From contig OZ059896.1 in the NCBI GenBank assembly GCA_964057225.1, positions 5,580,001-5,644,000 on the forward strand: 64,000 nt of DNA, written 5' to 3'. Shown here one piece after another: positions 24,219 to 39,200 of the stretch. The notes beneath the pieces are model-generated. The model saw only the letters and a program-made list of their open reading frames with translations. It was not told the origin of the DNA and did no database searches. Position 1 is the stretch's first letter, and each line of letters begins with the position of its first letter. This stretch comes from Auanema rhodensis. Taxonomy: Eukaryota > Animalia > Nematoda. The translations under genes and the position numbers were made by a program.

Positions 24219-27200
24219 TGAAAATCGAGGATATAAGTGTGAACTTATATCAGTTGATATCTCGGTGCATTTTTAAGCTAGCGCAAATCTGATAACACAG
24301 ATCTACGCAGCTTAAAAATCCGCATCGAATGCACTAAACTACATTGAGAAAAGCTTAATACAAAAATTAGTTATGATCGTTTGAAAAATGATGCACTAGT
24401 GTATGTTGAGTTTCCATGTACACTCAAAATTGCTTCCAAAAACATTTTGACAAAAATTTTTTCCAAAAATTTCAAAATAATTTAGCAAAAAGTAGATGTT
24501 TTTAGATTCCTTTTTTCAAGGCAAAAACGATGGACAATGTAATTCAACGAAAAAATTAATTCTTCAGGGTGAAAATCGAGGATATAAGTGTGAACTTATA
24601 TCAGTTGATATCTCGGTGCATTTTCAAGCTAGCGCAAATCTGATAGTACAGATCGACGCAGCTTAAAAATCCGCATCGAATGCACTATACTACATTGAGA
24701 AACGCTTAGTACAAAAATTAGTTATGATCGTTTGAAAAATGATGCATTAGTGTATGTTGAGTTTCCATGTACACTCAAAATTGCTTCCAAAAACATTTTG
24801 ACAAAAATTTTTTCGAAAAATTTCAAGATAATTTAGCAAAAAGTAGATGTTTTTAGATTCCTTTTTTCAAGGCAAAAACGATGGACAATGTTATTCAACG
24901 AAAAAATTAATTCTTCAGGGTGAAAATCGAGGATATAGGTGTGAACTTATATCAGTTGATATCTCGGTGCATTTTTAAGCTAGCGCAAATCTGATAACAC
25001 AGATCGACGCAGCTTAAAAATCCGCATCGAATGCACTATATTACATTGAGAAAAGCTAAATACAAAAATTAGTTATGATCGTTTGAAAAATGATGCATTA
25101 GTGTATGTTGAGTTTCCATGTACACTCAAAATTGCTTCCAAAAACATTTTGACAAAAATTTTTTCGAAAAATTTCAAGATAATTTAGCAAAAAGTAGATG
25201 TTTTTAGATTCCTTTTTTCAAGGCAAAAACGATGGACAATGTAATTCAACGAAAAAATTAATTCTTCAGGGTGAAAATCGAGGATATAAGTGTGAACTTA
25301 TATCAGTTGATATCTCGGTGCATTTTCAAGCTAGCGCGAATCTGATAGTACAGATCGACGCAGCTTAAAAATCCGCATCGAATGCACTATACTACATTGA
25401 GAAACGCTTAGTACAAAAATTAGTTATGATCGTTTGAAAAATGATGCATTAGTGTATGTTGAGTTTCCATGTACACTCAAAATTGCTTCCAAAAACATTT
25501 TGACAAAACTTTTTTCGAAAAATTTCAAAATAATTTAGCAAAAAGTAGATGTTTCTAGATTTCTTTTTTCAAGGCAAAAACGATGGACAATGTTATTCAA
25601 CGAAAAAATTAATTCTTCAGGGTGAAAATCGAGGATATAAGTGTGAACTTATATCAGTTGATATCTCGGTGCATTTTTAAGCTAGCGCAAATCTGATAAC
25701 ACAGATCTACGCAGCTTAAAAATCCGCATCGAATGCACTAAACTACATTGAGAAAAGCTTAATACAAAAATTAGTTATGATCGTTTGAAAAATGATGCAC
25801 TAGTGTATGTTGAGTTTCCATGTACACTCAAAATTGCTTCCAAAAACATTTTGACAAAAATTTTTTCCAAAAATTTCAAAATAATTTAGCAAAAAGTAGA
25901 TGTTTTTAGATTCCTTTTTTCAAGGCAAAAACGATGGACAATGTTATTCAACGAAAAAATTAATTCTTCAGGGTGAAAATCGAGGATATAAGTGTGAACT
26001 TATATCAGTTGATATCTCGGTGCATTTTCAAGCTAGCGCAAATCTGATAGTACAGATCGACGCAGCTTAAAAATCCGCATCGAATGCACTATACTACATT
26101 GAGAAACGCTTAATACAAAAATTAGTTATGATCGTTTGAAAAATGATGCACTAGTGTATGTTGAGTTTCCATGTACACTCAAAATTGCTTCCAAAAACAT
26201 TTTGACAAAAATTTTTTCGAAAAATTTCAAGATAATTTAGCAAAAAGTAGATGTTTTTAGATTCCTTTTTTCAAGGCAAAAACGATGGACAATGTTATTC
26301 AACGAAAAAATTAATTCTTCAGGGTGAAAATCGAGGATATAAGTGTGAACTTATATCAGTTGATATCTCGGTGCATTTTCAAGCTAGCGCAAATCTGATA
26401 GTACAGATCGACGCAGCTTAAAAATCCGCATCGAATGCACTATACTACATTGAGAAACGCTTAATACAAAAATTAGTCATGATCGTTTGAAAAATGATGC
26501 ATTAGTGTATGTTGAGTTTCCATGTACACTCAAAATTGCTTCCAAAAACATTTTGACAAAAATTTTTTCGAAAAATTTCAAGATAATTTAGCAAAAAGTA
26601 GATGTTTTTAGATTCCTTTTTTCAAGGCAAAAACGATGGACAATGTTATTCAACGAAAAAATTAATTCTTCAGGGTGAAAATCGAGGATATAAGTGTGAA
26701 CTTATATCAGTTGATATCTCGGTGCATTTTCAAGCTAGCGCAAATCTGATAGTACAGATCGACGCAGCTTAAAAATCCGCATCGAATGCACTATACTACA
26801 TTGAGAAACGCTTAATACAAAAATTAGTCATGATCGTTTGAAAAATGATGCATTAGTGTATGTTGAGTTTCCATGTACACTCAAAATTGCTTCCAAAAAC
26901 ATTTTGACAAAAATTTTTTCGAAAAATTTCAAGATAATTTAGCAAAAAGTAGATGTTTTTAGATTCCTTTTTTCAAGGCAAAAACGATGGACAATGTTAT
27001 TCAACGAAAAAATTAATTCTTCAGGGTGAAAATCGAGGATATAGGTGTGAACTTATATCAGTTGATATCTCGGTGCATTTTTAAGCTAGCGCAAATCTGA
27101 TAACACAGATCTACGCAGCTTAAAAATCCGCATCGAATGCACTAAACTACATTGAGAAAAGCTTAGTACAAAAATTAGTTATGATCGTTTGAAAAATGAT

Positions 27201-30200
27201 GCATTAGTGTATGTTGAGTTTCCATGTACACTCAAAATTGCTTCCAAAAACATTTTGACAAAACTTTTTTCGAAAAATTTCAAAATAATTTAGCAAAAAG
27301 TAGATGTTTTTAGATTCCTTTTTTCAAGGCAAAAACGATGGACAATGTTATTCAACGAAAAAATTAATTCTTCAGGGTGAAAATCGAGGATATAGGTGTG
27401 AACTTATATCAGTTGATATCTCGGTGCATTTTCAAGCTAGCGCAAATCTGATAGTACAGATCGACGCAGCTTAAAAATCCGCATCGAATGCACTATACTA
27501 CATTGAGAAACGCTTAATACAAAAATTAGTTATGATCGTTTGAAAAATGATGCATTAGTGTATGTTGAGTTTCCTTGTACACACAAAATTGCTTCCAAAA
27601 ACATTTTGACAAAAATTTTTTCGAAAAATTTCAAGATAATTTAGCAAAAAGTAGATGTTTTTAGATTCCTTTTTTCAAGGCAAAAACGATGGACAATGTT
27701 ATTCAACGAAAAAATTAATTCTTCAGGGTGAAAATCGAGGATATAAGTGTGAACTTATATCAGTTGATATCTCGGTGCATTTTTAAGCTAGCGCAAATCT
27801 GATAACACAGATCTACGCAGCTTAAAAATCCGCATCGAATGCACTATACTACATTGAGAAACGCTTAATACAAAAATTAGTTATGATCGTTTGAAAAATG
27901 ATGCACTAGTGTATGTTGAGTTTCCATGTACACTCAAAATTGCTTCCAAAAACATTTTGACAAAAATTTTTTCGAAAAATTTCAAGATAATTTAGCAAAA
28001 AGTAGATGTTTTTAGATTCCTTTTTTCAAGGCAAAAACGATGGACAATGTTATTCAACGAAAAAATTAATTCTTCAGGGTGAAAATCGAGGATATAAGTG
28101 TGAACTTATATCAGTTGATATCTCGGTGCATTTTCAAGCTAGCGCAAATCTGATAGTACAGATCGACGCAGCTTAAAAATCCGCATCGAATGCACTATAC
28201 TACATTGAGAAACGCTTAATACAAAAATTAGTCATGATCGTTTGAAAAATGATGCATTAGTGTATGTTGAGTTTCCATGTACACTCAAAATTGCTTCCAA
28301 AAACATTTTGACAAAAATTTTTTCGAAAAATTTCAAGATAATTTAGCAAAAAGTAGATGTTTTTAGATTCCTTTTTTCAAGGCAAAAACGATGGACAATG
28401 TTATTCAACGAAAAAATTAATTCTTCAGGGTGAAAATCGAGGATATAAGTGTGAACTTATATCAGTTGATATCTCGGTGCATTTTTAAGCTAGCGCAAAT
28501 CTGATAACACAGATCTACGCAGCTTAAAAATCCGCATCGAATGCACTAAACTACATTGAGAAAAGCTTAATACAAAAATTAGTTATGATCGTTTGAAAAA
28601 TGATGCACTAGTGTATGTTGAGTTTCCATGTACACTCAAAATTGCTTCCAAAAACATTTTGACAAAAATTTTTTCCAAAAATTTCAAAATAATTTAGCAA
28701 AAAGTAGATGTTTTTAGATTGCTTTTTTCAAGGCAAAAACGATGGACAATGTAATTCAACGAAAAAATTAATTCTTCAGGGTGAAAATCGAGGATATAAG
28801 TGTGAACTTATATCAGTTGATATCTCGGTGCATTTTCAAGCTAGCGCAAATCTGATAGTACAGATCGACGCAGCTTAAAAATCCGCATCGAATGCACTAT
28901 ACTACATTGAGAAACGCTTAATACAAAAATTAGTCATGATCGTTTGAAAAATGATGCATTAGTGTATGTTGAGTTTCCATGTACACTCAAAATTGCTTCC
29001 AAAAACATTTTGACAAAAATTTTTTCGAAAAATTTCAAGATAATTTAGCAAAAAGTAGATGTTTTTAGATTCCTTTTTTCAAGGCAAAAACGATGGACAA
29101 TGTTATTCAACGAAAAAATTAATTCTTCAGGGTGAAAATCGAGGATATAGGTGTGAACTTATATCAGTTGATATCTCGGTGCATTTTTAAGCTAGCGCAA
29201 ATCTGATAACACAGATCTACGCAGCTTAAAAATCCGCATCGAATGCACTAAACTACATTGAGAAAAGCTTAGTACAAAAATTAGTTATGATCGTTTGAAA
29301 AATGATGCATTAGTGTATGTTGAGTTTCCATGTACACTCAAAATTGCTTCCAAAAACATTTTGACAAAACTTTTTTCGAAAAATTTCAAAATAATTTAGC
29401 AAAAAGTAGATGTTTCTAGATTTCTTTTTTCAAGGCAAAAACGATGGACAATGTTATTCAACGAAAAAATTAATTCTTCAGGGTGAAAATCGAGGATATA
29501 AGTGTGAACTTATATCAGTTGATATCTCGGTGCATTTTTAAGCTAGCGCAAATCTGATAACACAGATCTACGCAGCTTAAAAATCCGCATCGAATGCACT
29601 AAACTACATTGACAAAAGCTTAATACAAAAATTAGTTATGATCGTTTGAAAAATGATGCATTAGTGTATGTTGAGTTTCCATGTACACTCAAAATTGCTT
29701 CCAAAAACATTTTGACAAAACTTTTTTCGAAAAATTTCAAAATAATTTAGCAAAAAGTAGATGTTTTTAGATTCCTTTTTTCAAGGCAAAAACGATGGAC
29801 AATGTTATTCAACGAAAAAATTAATTCTTCAGGGTGAAAATCGAGGATATAGGTGTGAACTTATATCAGTTGATATCTCGGTGCATTTTCAAGCTAGCGC
29901 AAATCTGATAGTACAGATCGACGCAGCTTAAAAATCCGCATCGAATGCACTATACTACATTGAGAAACGCTTAATACAAAAATTAGTTATGATCGTTTGA
30001 AAAATGATGCATTAGTGTATGTTGAGTTTCCTTGTACACACAAAATTGCTTCCAAAAACATTTTGACAAAAATTTTTTCGAAAAATTTCAAGATAATTTA
30101 GCAAAAAGTAGATGTTTTTAGATTCCTTTTTTCAAGGCAAAAACGATGGACAATGTTATTCAACGAAAAAATTAATTCTTCAGGGTGAAAATCGAGGATA

Positions 30201-33200
30201 TAAGTGTGAACTTATATCAGTTGATATCTCGGTGCATTTTTAAGCTAGCGCAAATCTGATAACACAGATCTACGCAGCTTAAAAATCCGCATCGAATGCA
30301 CTATACTACATGGAGAAACGCTCAATACAAAAATTAGTTATGATCGTTTGAAAAATGATGCACTAGTGTATGTTGAGTTTCCATGTACACTCAAAATTGC
30401 TTCCAAAAACATTTTGACAAAAATTTTTTCCAAAAATTTCAGAATAATTTAGCAAAAAGTAGATGTTTTTAGATTGCTTTTTTCAAGGCAAAAACGATGG
30501 ACAATGTAATTCAACGAAAAAATTAATTCTTCAGGGTGAAAATCGAGGATATAAGTGTGAACTTATATCAGTTGATATCTCGGTGCATTTTCAAGCTAGC
30601 GCAAATCTGATAGTACAGATCGACGCAGCTTAAAAATCCGCATCGAATGCACTATACTACATTGAGAAACGCTTAGTACAAAAATTAGTTATGATCGTTT
30701 GAAAAATGATGCATTAGTGTATGTTGAGTTTCCATGTACACTCAAAATTGCTTCCAAAAACATTTTGACAAAACTTTTTTCGAAAAATTTCAAAATAATT
30801 TTGCAAAAAGTAGATGTTTCTAGATTTCTTTTTTCAAGGCAAAAACGATGGACAATGTTATTCAACGAAAAAATTAATTCTTCAGGGTGAAAATCGAGGA
30901 TATAAGTGTGAACTTATATCAGTTGATATCTCGGTGCATTTTTAAGCTAGCGCAAATCTGATAACACAGATCTACGCAGCTTAAAAATCCGCATCGAATG
31001 CACTAAACTACATTGAGAAAAGCTTAATACAAAAATTAGTTATGATCGTTTGAAAAATGATGCACTAGTGTATGTTGAGTTTCCATGTACACTCAAAATT
31101 GCTTCCAAAAACATTTTGACAAAAATTTTTTCCAAAAATTTCAAAATAATTTAGCAAAAAGTAGATGTTTTTAGATTCCTTTTTTCAAGGCAAAAACGAT
31201 GGACAATGTTATTCAACGAAAAAATTAATTCTTCAGGGTGAAAATCGAGGATATAAGTGTGAACTTATATCAGTTGATATCTCGGTGCATTTTCAAGCTA
31301 GCGCAAATCTGATAGTACAGATCGACGCAGCTTAAAAATCCGCATCGAATGCACTATACTACATTGAGAAACGCTTAATACAAAAATTAGTCATGATCGT
31401 TTGAAAAATGATGCATTAGTGTATGTTGAGTTTCCATGTACACTCAAAATTGCTTCCAAAAACATTTTGACAAAACTTTTTTCGAAAAATTTCAAAATAA
31501 TTTAGCAAAAAGTAGATGTTTTTAGATTCCTTTTTTCAAGGCAAAAACGATGGACAATGTTATTCAACGAAAAAATTAATTCTTCAGGGTGAAAATCGAG
31601 GATATAGGTGTGAACTTATATCAGTTGATATCTCGGTGCATTTTCAAGCTAGCGCAAATCTGATAGTACAGATCGACGCAGCTTAAAAATCCGCATCGAA
31701 TGCACTATACTACATTGAGAAACGCTTAATACAAAAATTAGTTATGATCGTTTGAAAAATGATGCATTAGTGTATGTTGAGTTTCCTTGTACACACAAAA
31801 TTGCTTCCAAAAACATTTTGACAAAAATTTTTTCGAAAAATTTCAAGATAATTTAGCAAAAAGTAGATGTTTTTAGATTCCTTTTTTCAAGGCAAAAACG
31901 ATGGACAATGTTATTCAACGAAAAAATTAATTCTTCAGGGTGAAAATCGAGGATATAGGTGTGAACTTATATCAGTTGATATCTCGGTGCATTTTTAAGC
32001 TAGCGCAAATCTGATAACATAGATCTACGCAGCTTAAAAATCCGCATCGAATGCACTAAACTACATTGAGAAAAGCTTAATACAAAAATTAGTTATGATC
32101 GTTTGAAAAATGATGCATTAGTGTATGTTCAGTTTCCATGTACACTCAAAATTGCTTCCAAAAACATTTTGACAAAACTTTTTTCGAAAAATTTCAAAAT
32201 AATTTAGCAAAAAGTAGATGTTTTTAGATTCCTTTTTTCAAGGCAAAAACGATGGACAATGTTATTCAACGAAAAAATTAATTCTTCAGGGTGAAAATCG
32301 AGGATATAAGTGTGAACTTATATCAGTTGATATCTCGGTGCATTTTTAAGCTAGCGCAAATCTGATAACACAGATCTACGCAGCTTAAAAATCCGCATCG
32401 AATGCACTATACTACATGGAGAAACGCTCAATACAAAAATTAGTTATGATCGTTTGAAAAATGATGCACTAGTGTATGTTGAGTTTCCATGTACACTCAA
32501 AATTGCTTCCAAAAACATTTTGACAAAAATTTTTTCCAAAAATTTCAGAATAATTTAGCAAAAAGTAGATGTTTTTAGATTGCTTTTTTCAAGGCAAAAA
32601 CGATGGACAATGTAATTCAACGAAAAAATTAATTCTTCAGGGTGAAAATCGAGGATATAAGTGTGAACTTATATCAGTTGATATCTCGGTGCATTTTTAA
32701 GCTAGCGCAAATCTGATAACATAGATCTACGCAGCTTAAAAATCCGCATCGAATGCACTAAACTACATTGAGAAAAGCTTAATACAAAAATTAGTTATGA
32801 TCGTTTGAAAAATGATGCATTAGTGTATGTTCAGTTTCCATGTACACTCAAAATTGCTTCCAAAAACATTTTGACAAAACTTTTTTCGAAAAATTTCAAA
32901 ATAATTTAGCAAAAAGTAGATGTTTTTAGATTCCTTTTTTCAAGGCAAAAACGATGGACAATGTTATTCAACGAAAAAATTAATTCTTCAGGGTGAAAAT
33001 CGAGGATATAAGTGTGAACTTATATCAGTTGATATCTCGGTGCATTTTTAAGCTAGCGCAAATCTGATAACACAGATCTACGCAGCCTAAAAATACGCAT
33101 CGAATGCACTATACTACATGGAGAAACGCTCAATACAAAAATTAGTTATGATCGTTTGAAAAATGATGCACTAGTGTATGTTGAGTTTCCATGTACACTC

Positions 33201-36200
33201 AAAATTGCTTCCAAAAACATTTTGACAAAAATTTTTTCCAAAAATTTCAAAATAATTTAGCAAAAAGTAGATGTTTTTAGATTGCTTTTTTCAAGGAAAA
33301 AACGATGGACAATGTAATTCAACGAAAAAATTAATTCTTCAGGGTGAAAATCGAGGATATAAGTGTGAACTTATATCAGTTGATATCTCGGTGCATTTTC
33401 AAGCTAGCGCAAATCTGATAGTACAGATCGACGCAGCTTAAAAATCCGCATCGAATGCACTAATCTACATTGAGAAAAGCTTAATACAAAAATTAGTTAT
33501 GATCGTTTGAAAAATGATGCATTAGTGTATGTTGAGTTTCCATGTACACTCAAAATTGCTTCCAAAAACATTTTGACAAAACTTTTTTCGAAAAATTTCA
33601 AAATAATTTAGCAAAAAGTAGATGTTTTTAGATTCCTTTTTTCAAGGCAAAAACGATGGACAATGTTATTCAACGAAAAAATTAATTCTTCAGGGTGAAA
33701 ATCGAGGATATAGGTGTGAACTTATATCAGTTGATATCTCGGTGCATTTTCAAGCTAGCGCAAATCTGATAGTACAGATCGACGCAGCTTAAAAATCCGC
33801 ATCGAATGCACTATACTACATTGAGAAACGCTTAATACAAAAATTAGTTATGATCGTTTGAAAAATGATGCATTAGTGTATGTTGAGTTTCCATGTACAC
33901 TCAAAATTGCTTCCAAAAACATTTTGACAAAACTTTTTTCGAAAAATTTCAAAATAATTTAGCAAAAAGTAGATGTTTTTAGATTCCTTTTTTCAAGGCA
34001 AAAACGATGGACAATGTTATTCAACGAAAAAATTAATTCTTCAGGGTGAAAATCGAGGATATAGGTGTGAACTTATATCAGTTGATATCTCGGTGCATTT
34101 TCAAGCTAGCGCAAATCTGATAGTACAGATCGACGCAGCTTAAAAATCCGCATCGAATGCACTATACTACATTGAGAAACGCTTAATACAAAAATTAGTT
34201 ATGATCGTTTGAAAAATGATGCATTAGTGTATGTTGAGTTTCCATGTACACTCAAAATTGCTTCCAAAAACATTTTGACAAAACTTTTTTCGAAAAATTT
34301 CAAAATAATTTAGCAAAAAGTAGATGTTTCTAGATTTCTTTTTTCAAGGCAAAAACGATGGACAATGTTATTCAACGAAAAAATTAATTCTTCAGGGTGA
34401 AAATCGAGGATATAAGTGTGAACTTATATCAGTTGATATCTCGGTGCATTTTTAAGCTAGCGCAAATCTGATAGTACAGATCGACGCAGCTTAAAAATCC
34501 GCATCGAATGCACTATACTACATTGAGAAACGCTTAATACAAAAATTAGTTATGATCGTTTGAAAAATGATGCATTAGTGTATGTTGAGTTTCCATGTAC
34601 ACTCAAAATTGCTTCCAAAAACATTTTGACAAAACTTTTTTCGAAAAATTTCAAAATAATTTAGCAAAAAGTAGATGTTTTTAGATTCCTTTTTTCAAGG
34701 CAAAAACGATGGACAATGTTATTCAACGAAAAAATTAATTCTTCAGGGTGAAAATCGAGGATATAGGTGTGAACTTATATCAGTTGATATCTCGGTGCAT
34801 TTTCAAGCTAGCGCAAATCTGATAGTACAGATCGACGCAGCTTAAAAATCCGCATCGAATGCACTATACTACATTGAGAAACGCTTAATACAAAAATTAG
34901 TTATGATCGTTTGAAAAATGATGCATTAGTGTATGTTGAGTTTCCATGTACACTCAAAATTGCTTCCAAAAACATTTTGACAAAAATTTTTTCGAAAAAT
35001 TTCAAGATAATTTAGCAAAAAGTAGATGTTTTTAGATTCCTTTTTTTAAGGCAAAAACGATGGACAATGTTATTCAACGAAAAAATTAATTCTTCAGGGT
35101 GAAAATCGAGGATATAAGTGTGAACTTATATCAGTTGATATCTCGGTGCATTTTTAAGCTAGCGCAAATCTGATAACACAGATCTACGCAGCTTAAAAAT
35201 CCGCATCGAATGCACTATACTACATGGAGAAACGCTCAATACAAAAATTAGTTATGATCGTTTGAAAAATGATGCACTAGTGTATGTTAGTTTCCATGTA
35301 CACTCAAAATTGCTTCCAAAAACATTTTGACAAAAATTTTTTCCAAAAATTTCAAAATAATTTAGCAAAAAGTAGATGTTTTTAGATTGCTTTTTTTAAG
35401 GCAAAAACGATGGACAATGTAATTCAACGAAAAAATTAATTCTTCAGGGTGAAAATCGAGGATATAAGTGTGAACTTATATCAGTTGATATCTCGGTGCA
35501 TTTTCAAGCTAGCGCAAATCTGATAGTACAGATCGACGCAGCTTAAAAATCCGCATCGAATGCACTATACTACATTGAGAAACGCTTAATACAAAAATTA
35601 GTTATGATCGTTTGAAAAATGATGCATTAGTGTATGTTGAGTTTCCATGTACACTCAAAATTGCTTCCAAAAACATTTTGACAAAAATTTTTTCGAAAAA
35701 TTTCAAGATAATTTAGCAAAAAGTAGATGTTTTTAGATTCCTTTTTTCAAGGCAAAAACGATGGACAATGTTATTCAACGAAAAAATTAATTCTTCAGGG
35801 TGAAAATCGAGGATATAAGTGTGAACTTATATCAGTTGATATCTCGGTGCATTTTTAAGCTAGCGCAAATCTGATAACACAGATCTACGCAGCTTAAAAA
35901 TCCGCATCGAATGCACTATACTACATGGAGAAACGCTCAATACAAAAATTAGTTATGATCGTTTGAAAAATGATGCACTAGTGTATGTTAGTTTCCATGT
36001 ACACTCAAAATTGCTTCCAAAAACATTTTGACAAAAATTTTTTCCAAAAATTTCAAAATAATTTAGCAAAAAGTAGATGTTTTTAGATTGCTTTTTTCAA
36101 GGCAAAAACGATGGACAATGTAATTCAACGAAAAAATTAATTCTTCAGGGTGAAAATCGAGGATATAAGTGTGAACTTATATCAGTTGATATCTCGGTGC

Positions 36201-39200
36201 ATTTTCAAGCTAGCGCAAATCTGATAGTACAGATCGACGCAGCTTAAAAATCCGCATCGAATGCACTATACTACATTGAGAAACGCTTAGTACAAAAATT
36301 AGTTATGATCGTTTGAAAAATGATGCATTAGTGTATGTTGAGTTTCCATGTACACTCAAAATTGCTTCCAAAAACATTTTGACAAAACTTTTTTCGAAAA
36401 ATTTCAAAATAATTTAGCAAAAAGTAGATGTTTCTAGATTTCTTTTTTCAAGGCAAAAACGATGGACAATGTTATTCAACGAAAAAATTAATTCTTCAGG
36501 GTGAAAATCGAGGATATAAGTGTGAACTTATATCAGTTGATATCTCGGTGCATTTTTAAGCTAGCGCAAATCTGATAACACAGATCTACGCAGCTTAAAA
36601 ATCCGCATCGAATGCACTAAACTACATTGAGAAAAGCTTAATACAAAAATTAGTTATGATCGTTTGAAAAATGATGCACTAGTGTATGTTGAGTTTCCAT
36701 GTACACTCAAAATTGCTTCCAAAAACATTTTGACAAAAATTTTTTCCAAAAATTTCAAAATAATTTAGCAAAAAGTAGATGTTTTTAGATTCCTTTTTTC
36801 AAGGCAAAAACGATGGACAATGTTATTCAACGAAAAAATTAATTCTTCAGGGTGAAAATCGAGGATATAAGTGTGAACTTATATCAGTTGATATCTCGGT
36901 GCATTTTCAAGTTAGCGCAAATCTTATAGTACAGATCGACGCAGCTTAAAAATCCGCATCGAATGCACTATACTACATTGAGAAACGCTTAATACAAAAA
37001 TTAGTTATGATCGTTTGAAAAATGATGCATTAGTGTATGTTGAGTTTCCATGTACACTCAAAATTGCTTCCAAAAACATTTTGACAAAAATTTTTTCGAA
37101 AAATTTCAAGATAATTTAGCAAAAAGTAGATGTTTTTAGATTCCTTTTTTCAAGGCAAAAACGATGGACAATGTTATTCAACGAAAAAATTAATTCTTCA
37201 GGGTGAAAATCGAGGATATAGGTGTGAACTTATATCAGTTGATATCTCGGTGCATTTTTAAGCTAGCGCAAATCTGATAACACAGATCTACGCAGCTTAA
37301 AAATCCGCATCGAATGCACTAAACTACATTGAGAAAAGCTTAATACAAAAATTAGTTATGATCGTTTGAAAAATGATGCATTAGTGTATGTTGAGTTTCC
37401 ATGTACACTCAAAATTGCTTCCAAAAACATTTTGACAAAACTTTTTTCGAAAAATTTCAAAATAATTTAGCAAAAAGTAGATGTTTTTAGATTCCTTTTT
37501 TCAAGGCAAAAACGATGGACAATGTTATTCAACGAAAAAATTAATTCTTCAGGGTGAAAATCGAGGATATAAGTGTGAACTTATATCAGTTGATATCTCG
37601 GTGCATTTTTAAGCTAGCGCAAATCTGATAACACAGATCTACGCAGCCTAAAAATACGCATCGAATGCACTATACTACATGGAGAAACGCTCAATACAAA
37701 AATTAGTTATGATCGTTTGAAAAATGATGCATTAGTGTATGTTGAGTTTCCATGTACACTCAAAATTGCTTCCAAAAACATTTTGACAAAAATTTTTTCG
37801 AAAAATTTCAAGATAATTTAGCAAAAAGTAGATGTTTTTAGATTCCTTTTTTCAAGGCAAAAACGATGGACAATGTTATTCAACGAAAAAATTAATTCTT
37901 CAGGGTGAAAATCGAGGATATAGGTGTGAACTTATATCAGTTGATATCTCGGTGCATTTTTAAGCTAGCGCAAATCTGATAACACAGATCTACGCAGCTT
38001 AAAAATCCGCATCGAATGCACTAAACTACATTGAGAAAAGCTTAATACAAAAATTAGTTATGATCGTTTGAAAAATGATGCATTAGTGTATGTTGAGTTT
38101 CCATGTACACTCAAAATTGCTTCCAAAAACATTTTGACAAAACTTTTTTCGAAAAATTTCAAAATAATTTAGCAAAAAGTAGATGTTTTTAGATTCCTTT
38201 TTTCAAGGCAAAAACGATGGACAATGTTATTCAACGAAAAAATTAATTCTTCAGGGTGAAAATCGAGGATATAAGTGTGAACTTATATCAGTTGATATCT
38301 CGGTGCATTTTTAAGCTAGCGCAAATCTGATAACACAGATCTACGCAGCCTAAAAATACGCATCGAATGCACTATACTACATGGAGAAACGCTCAATACA
38401 AAAATTAGTTATGATCGTTTGAAAAATGATGCACTAGTGTATGTTGAGTTTCCATGTACACTCAAAATTGCTTCCAAAAACATTTTGACAAAAATTTTTT
38501 CGAAAAATTTCAAGATAATTTAGCAAAAAGTAGATGTTTTTAGATTCCTTTTTTCAAGGCAAAAACGATGGACAATGTTATTCAACGAAAAAATTAATTC
38601 TTCAGGGTGAAAATCGAGGATATAAGTGTGAACTTATATCAGTTGATATCTCGGTGCATTTTTAAGCTAGCGCAAATCTGATAACACAGATCTACGCAGC
38701 TTAAAAATCCGCATCGAATGCACTATACTACATGGAGAAACGCTCAATACAAAAATTAGTTATGATCGTTTGAAAAATGATGCACTAGTGTATGTTAGTT
38801 TCCATGTACACTCAAAATTGCTTCCAAAAACATTTTGACAAAAATTTTTTCCAAAAATTTCAAAATAATTTAGCAAAAAGTAGATGTTTTTAGATTGCTT
38901 TTTTCAAGGCAAAAACGATGGACAATGTAATTCAACGAAAAAATTAATTCTTCAGGGTGAAAATCGAGGATATAAGTGTGAACTTATATCAGTTGATATC
39001 TCGGTGCATTTTCAAGCTAGCGCAAATCTGATAGTACAGATCGACGCAGCTTAAAAATCCGCATCGAATGCACTATACTACATTGAGAAACGCTTAGTAC
39101 AAAAATTAGTTATGATCGTTTGAAAAATGATGCATTAGTGTATGTTAGTTTCCATGTACACTCAAAATTGCTTCCAAAAACATTTTGACAAAAATTTTTT

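Noticed and set aside
3675-30890. 63-aa ORFs (MKNDALV...) at 3675, 4026, 6132 and 30699
   Set aside because: They start at TTG and are open only where a single-base variant turns the consensus TAG into TAC or TTG. All other monomers keep the stop, and there is no recognisable domain.
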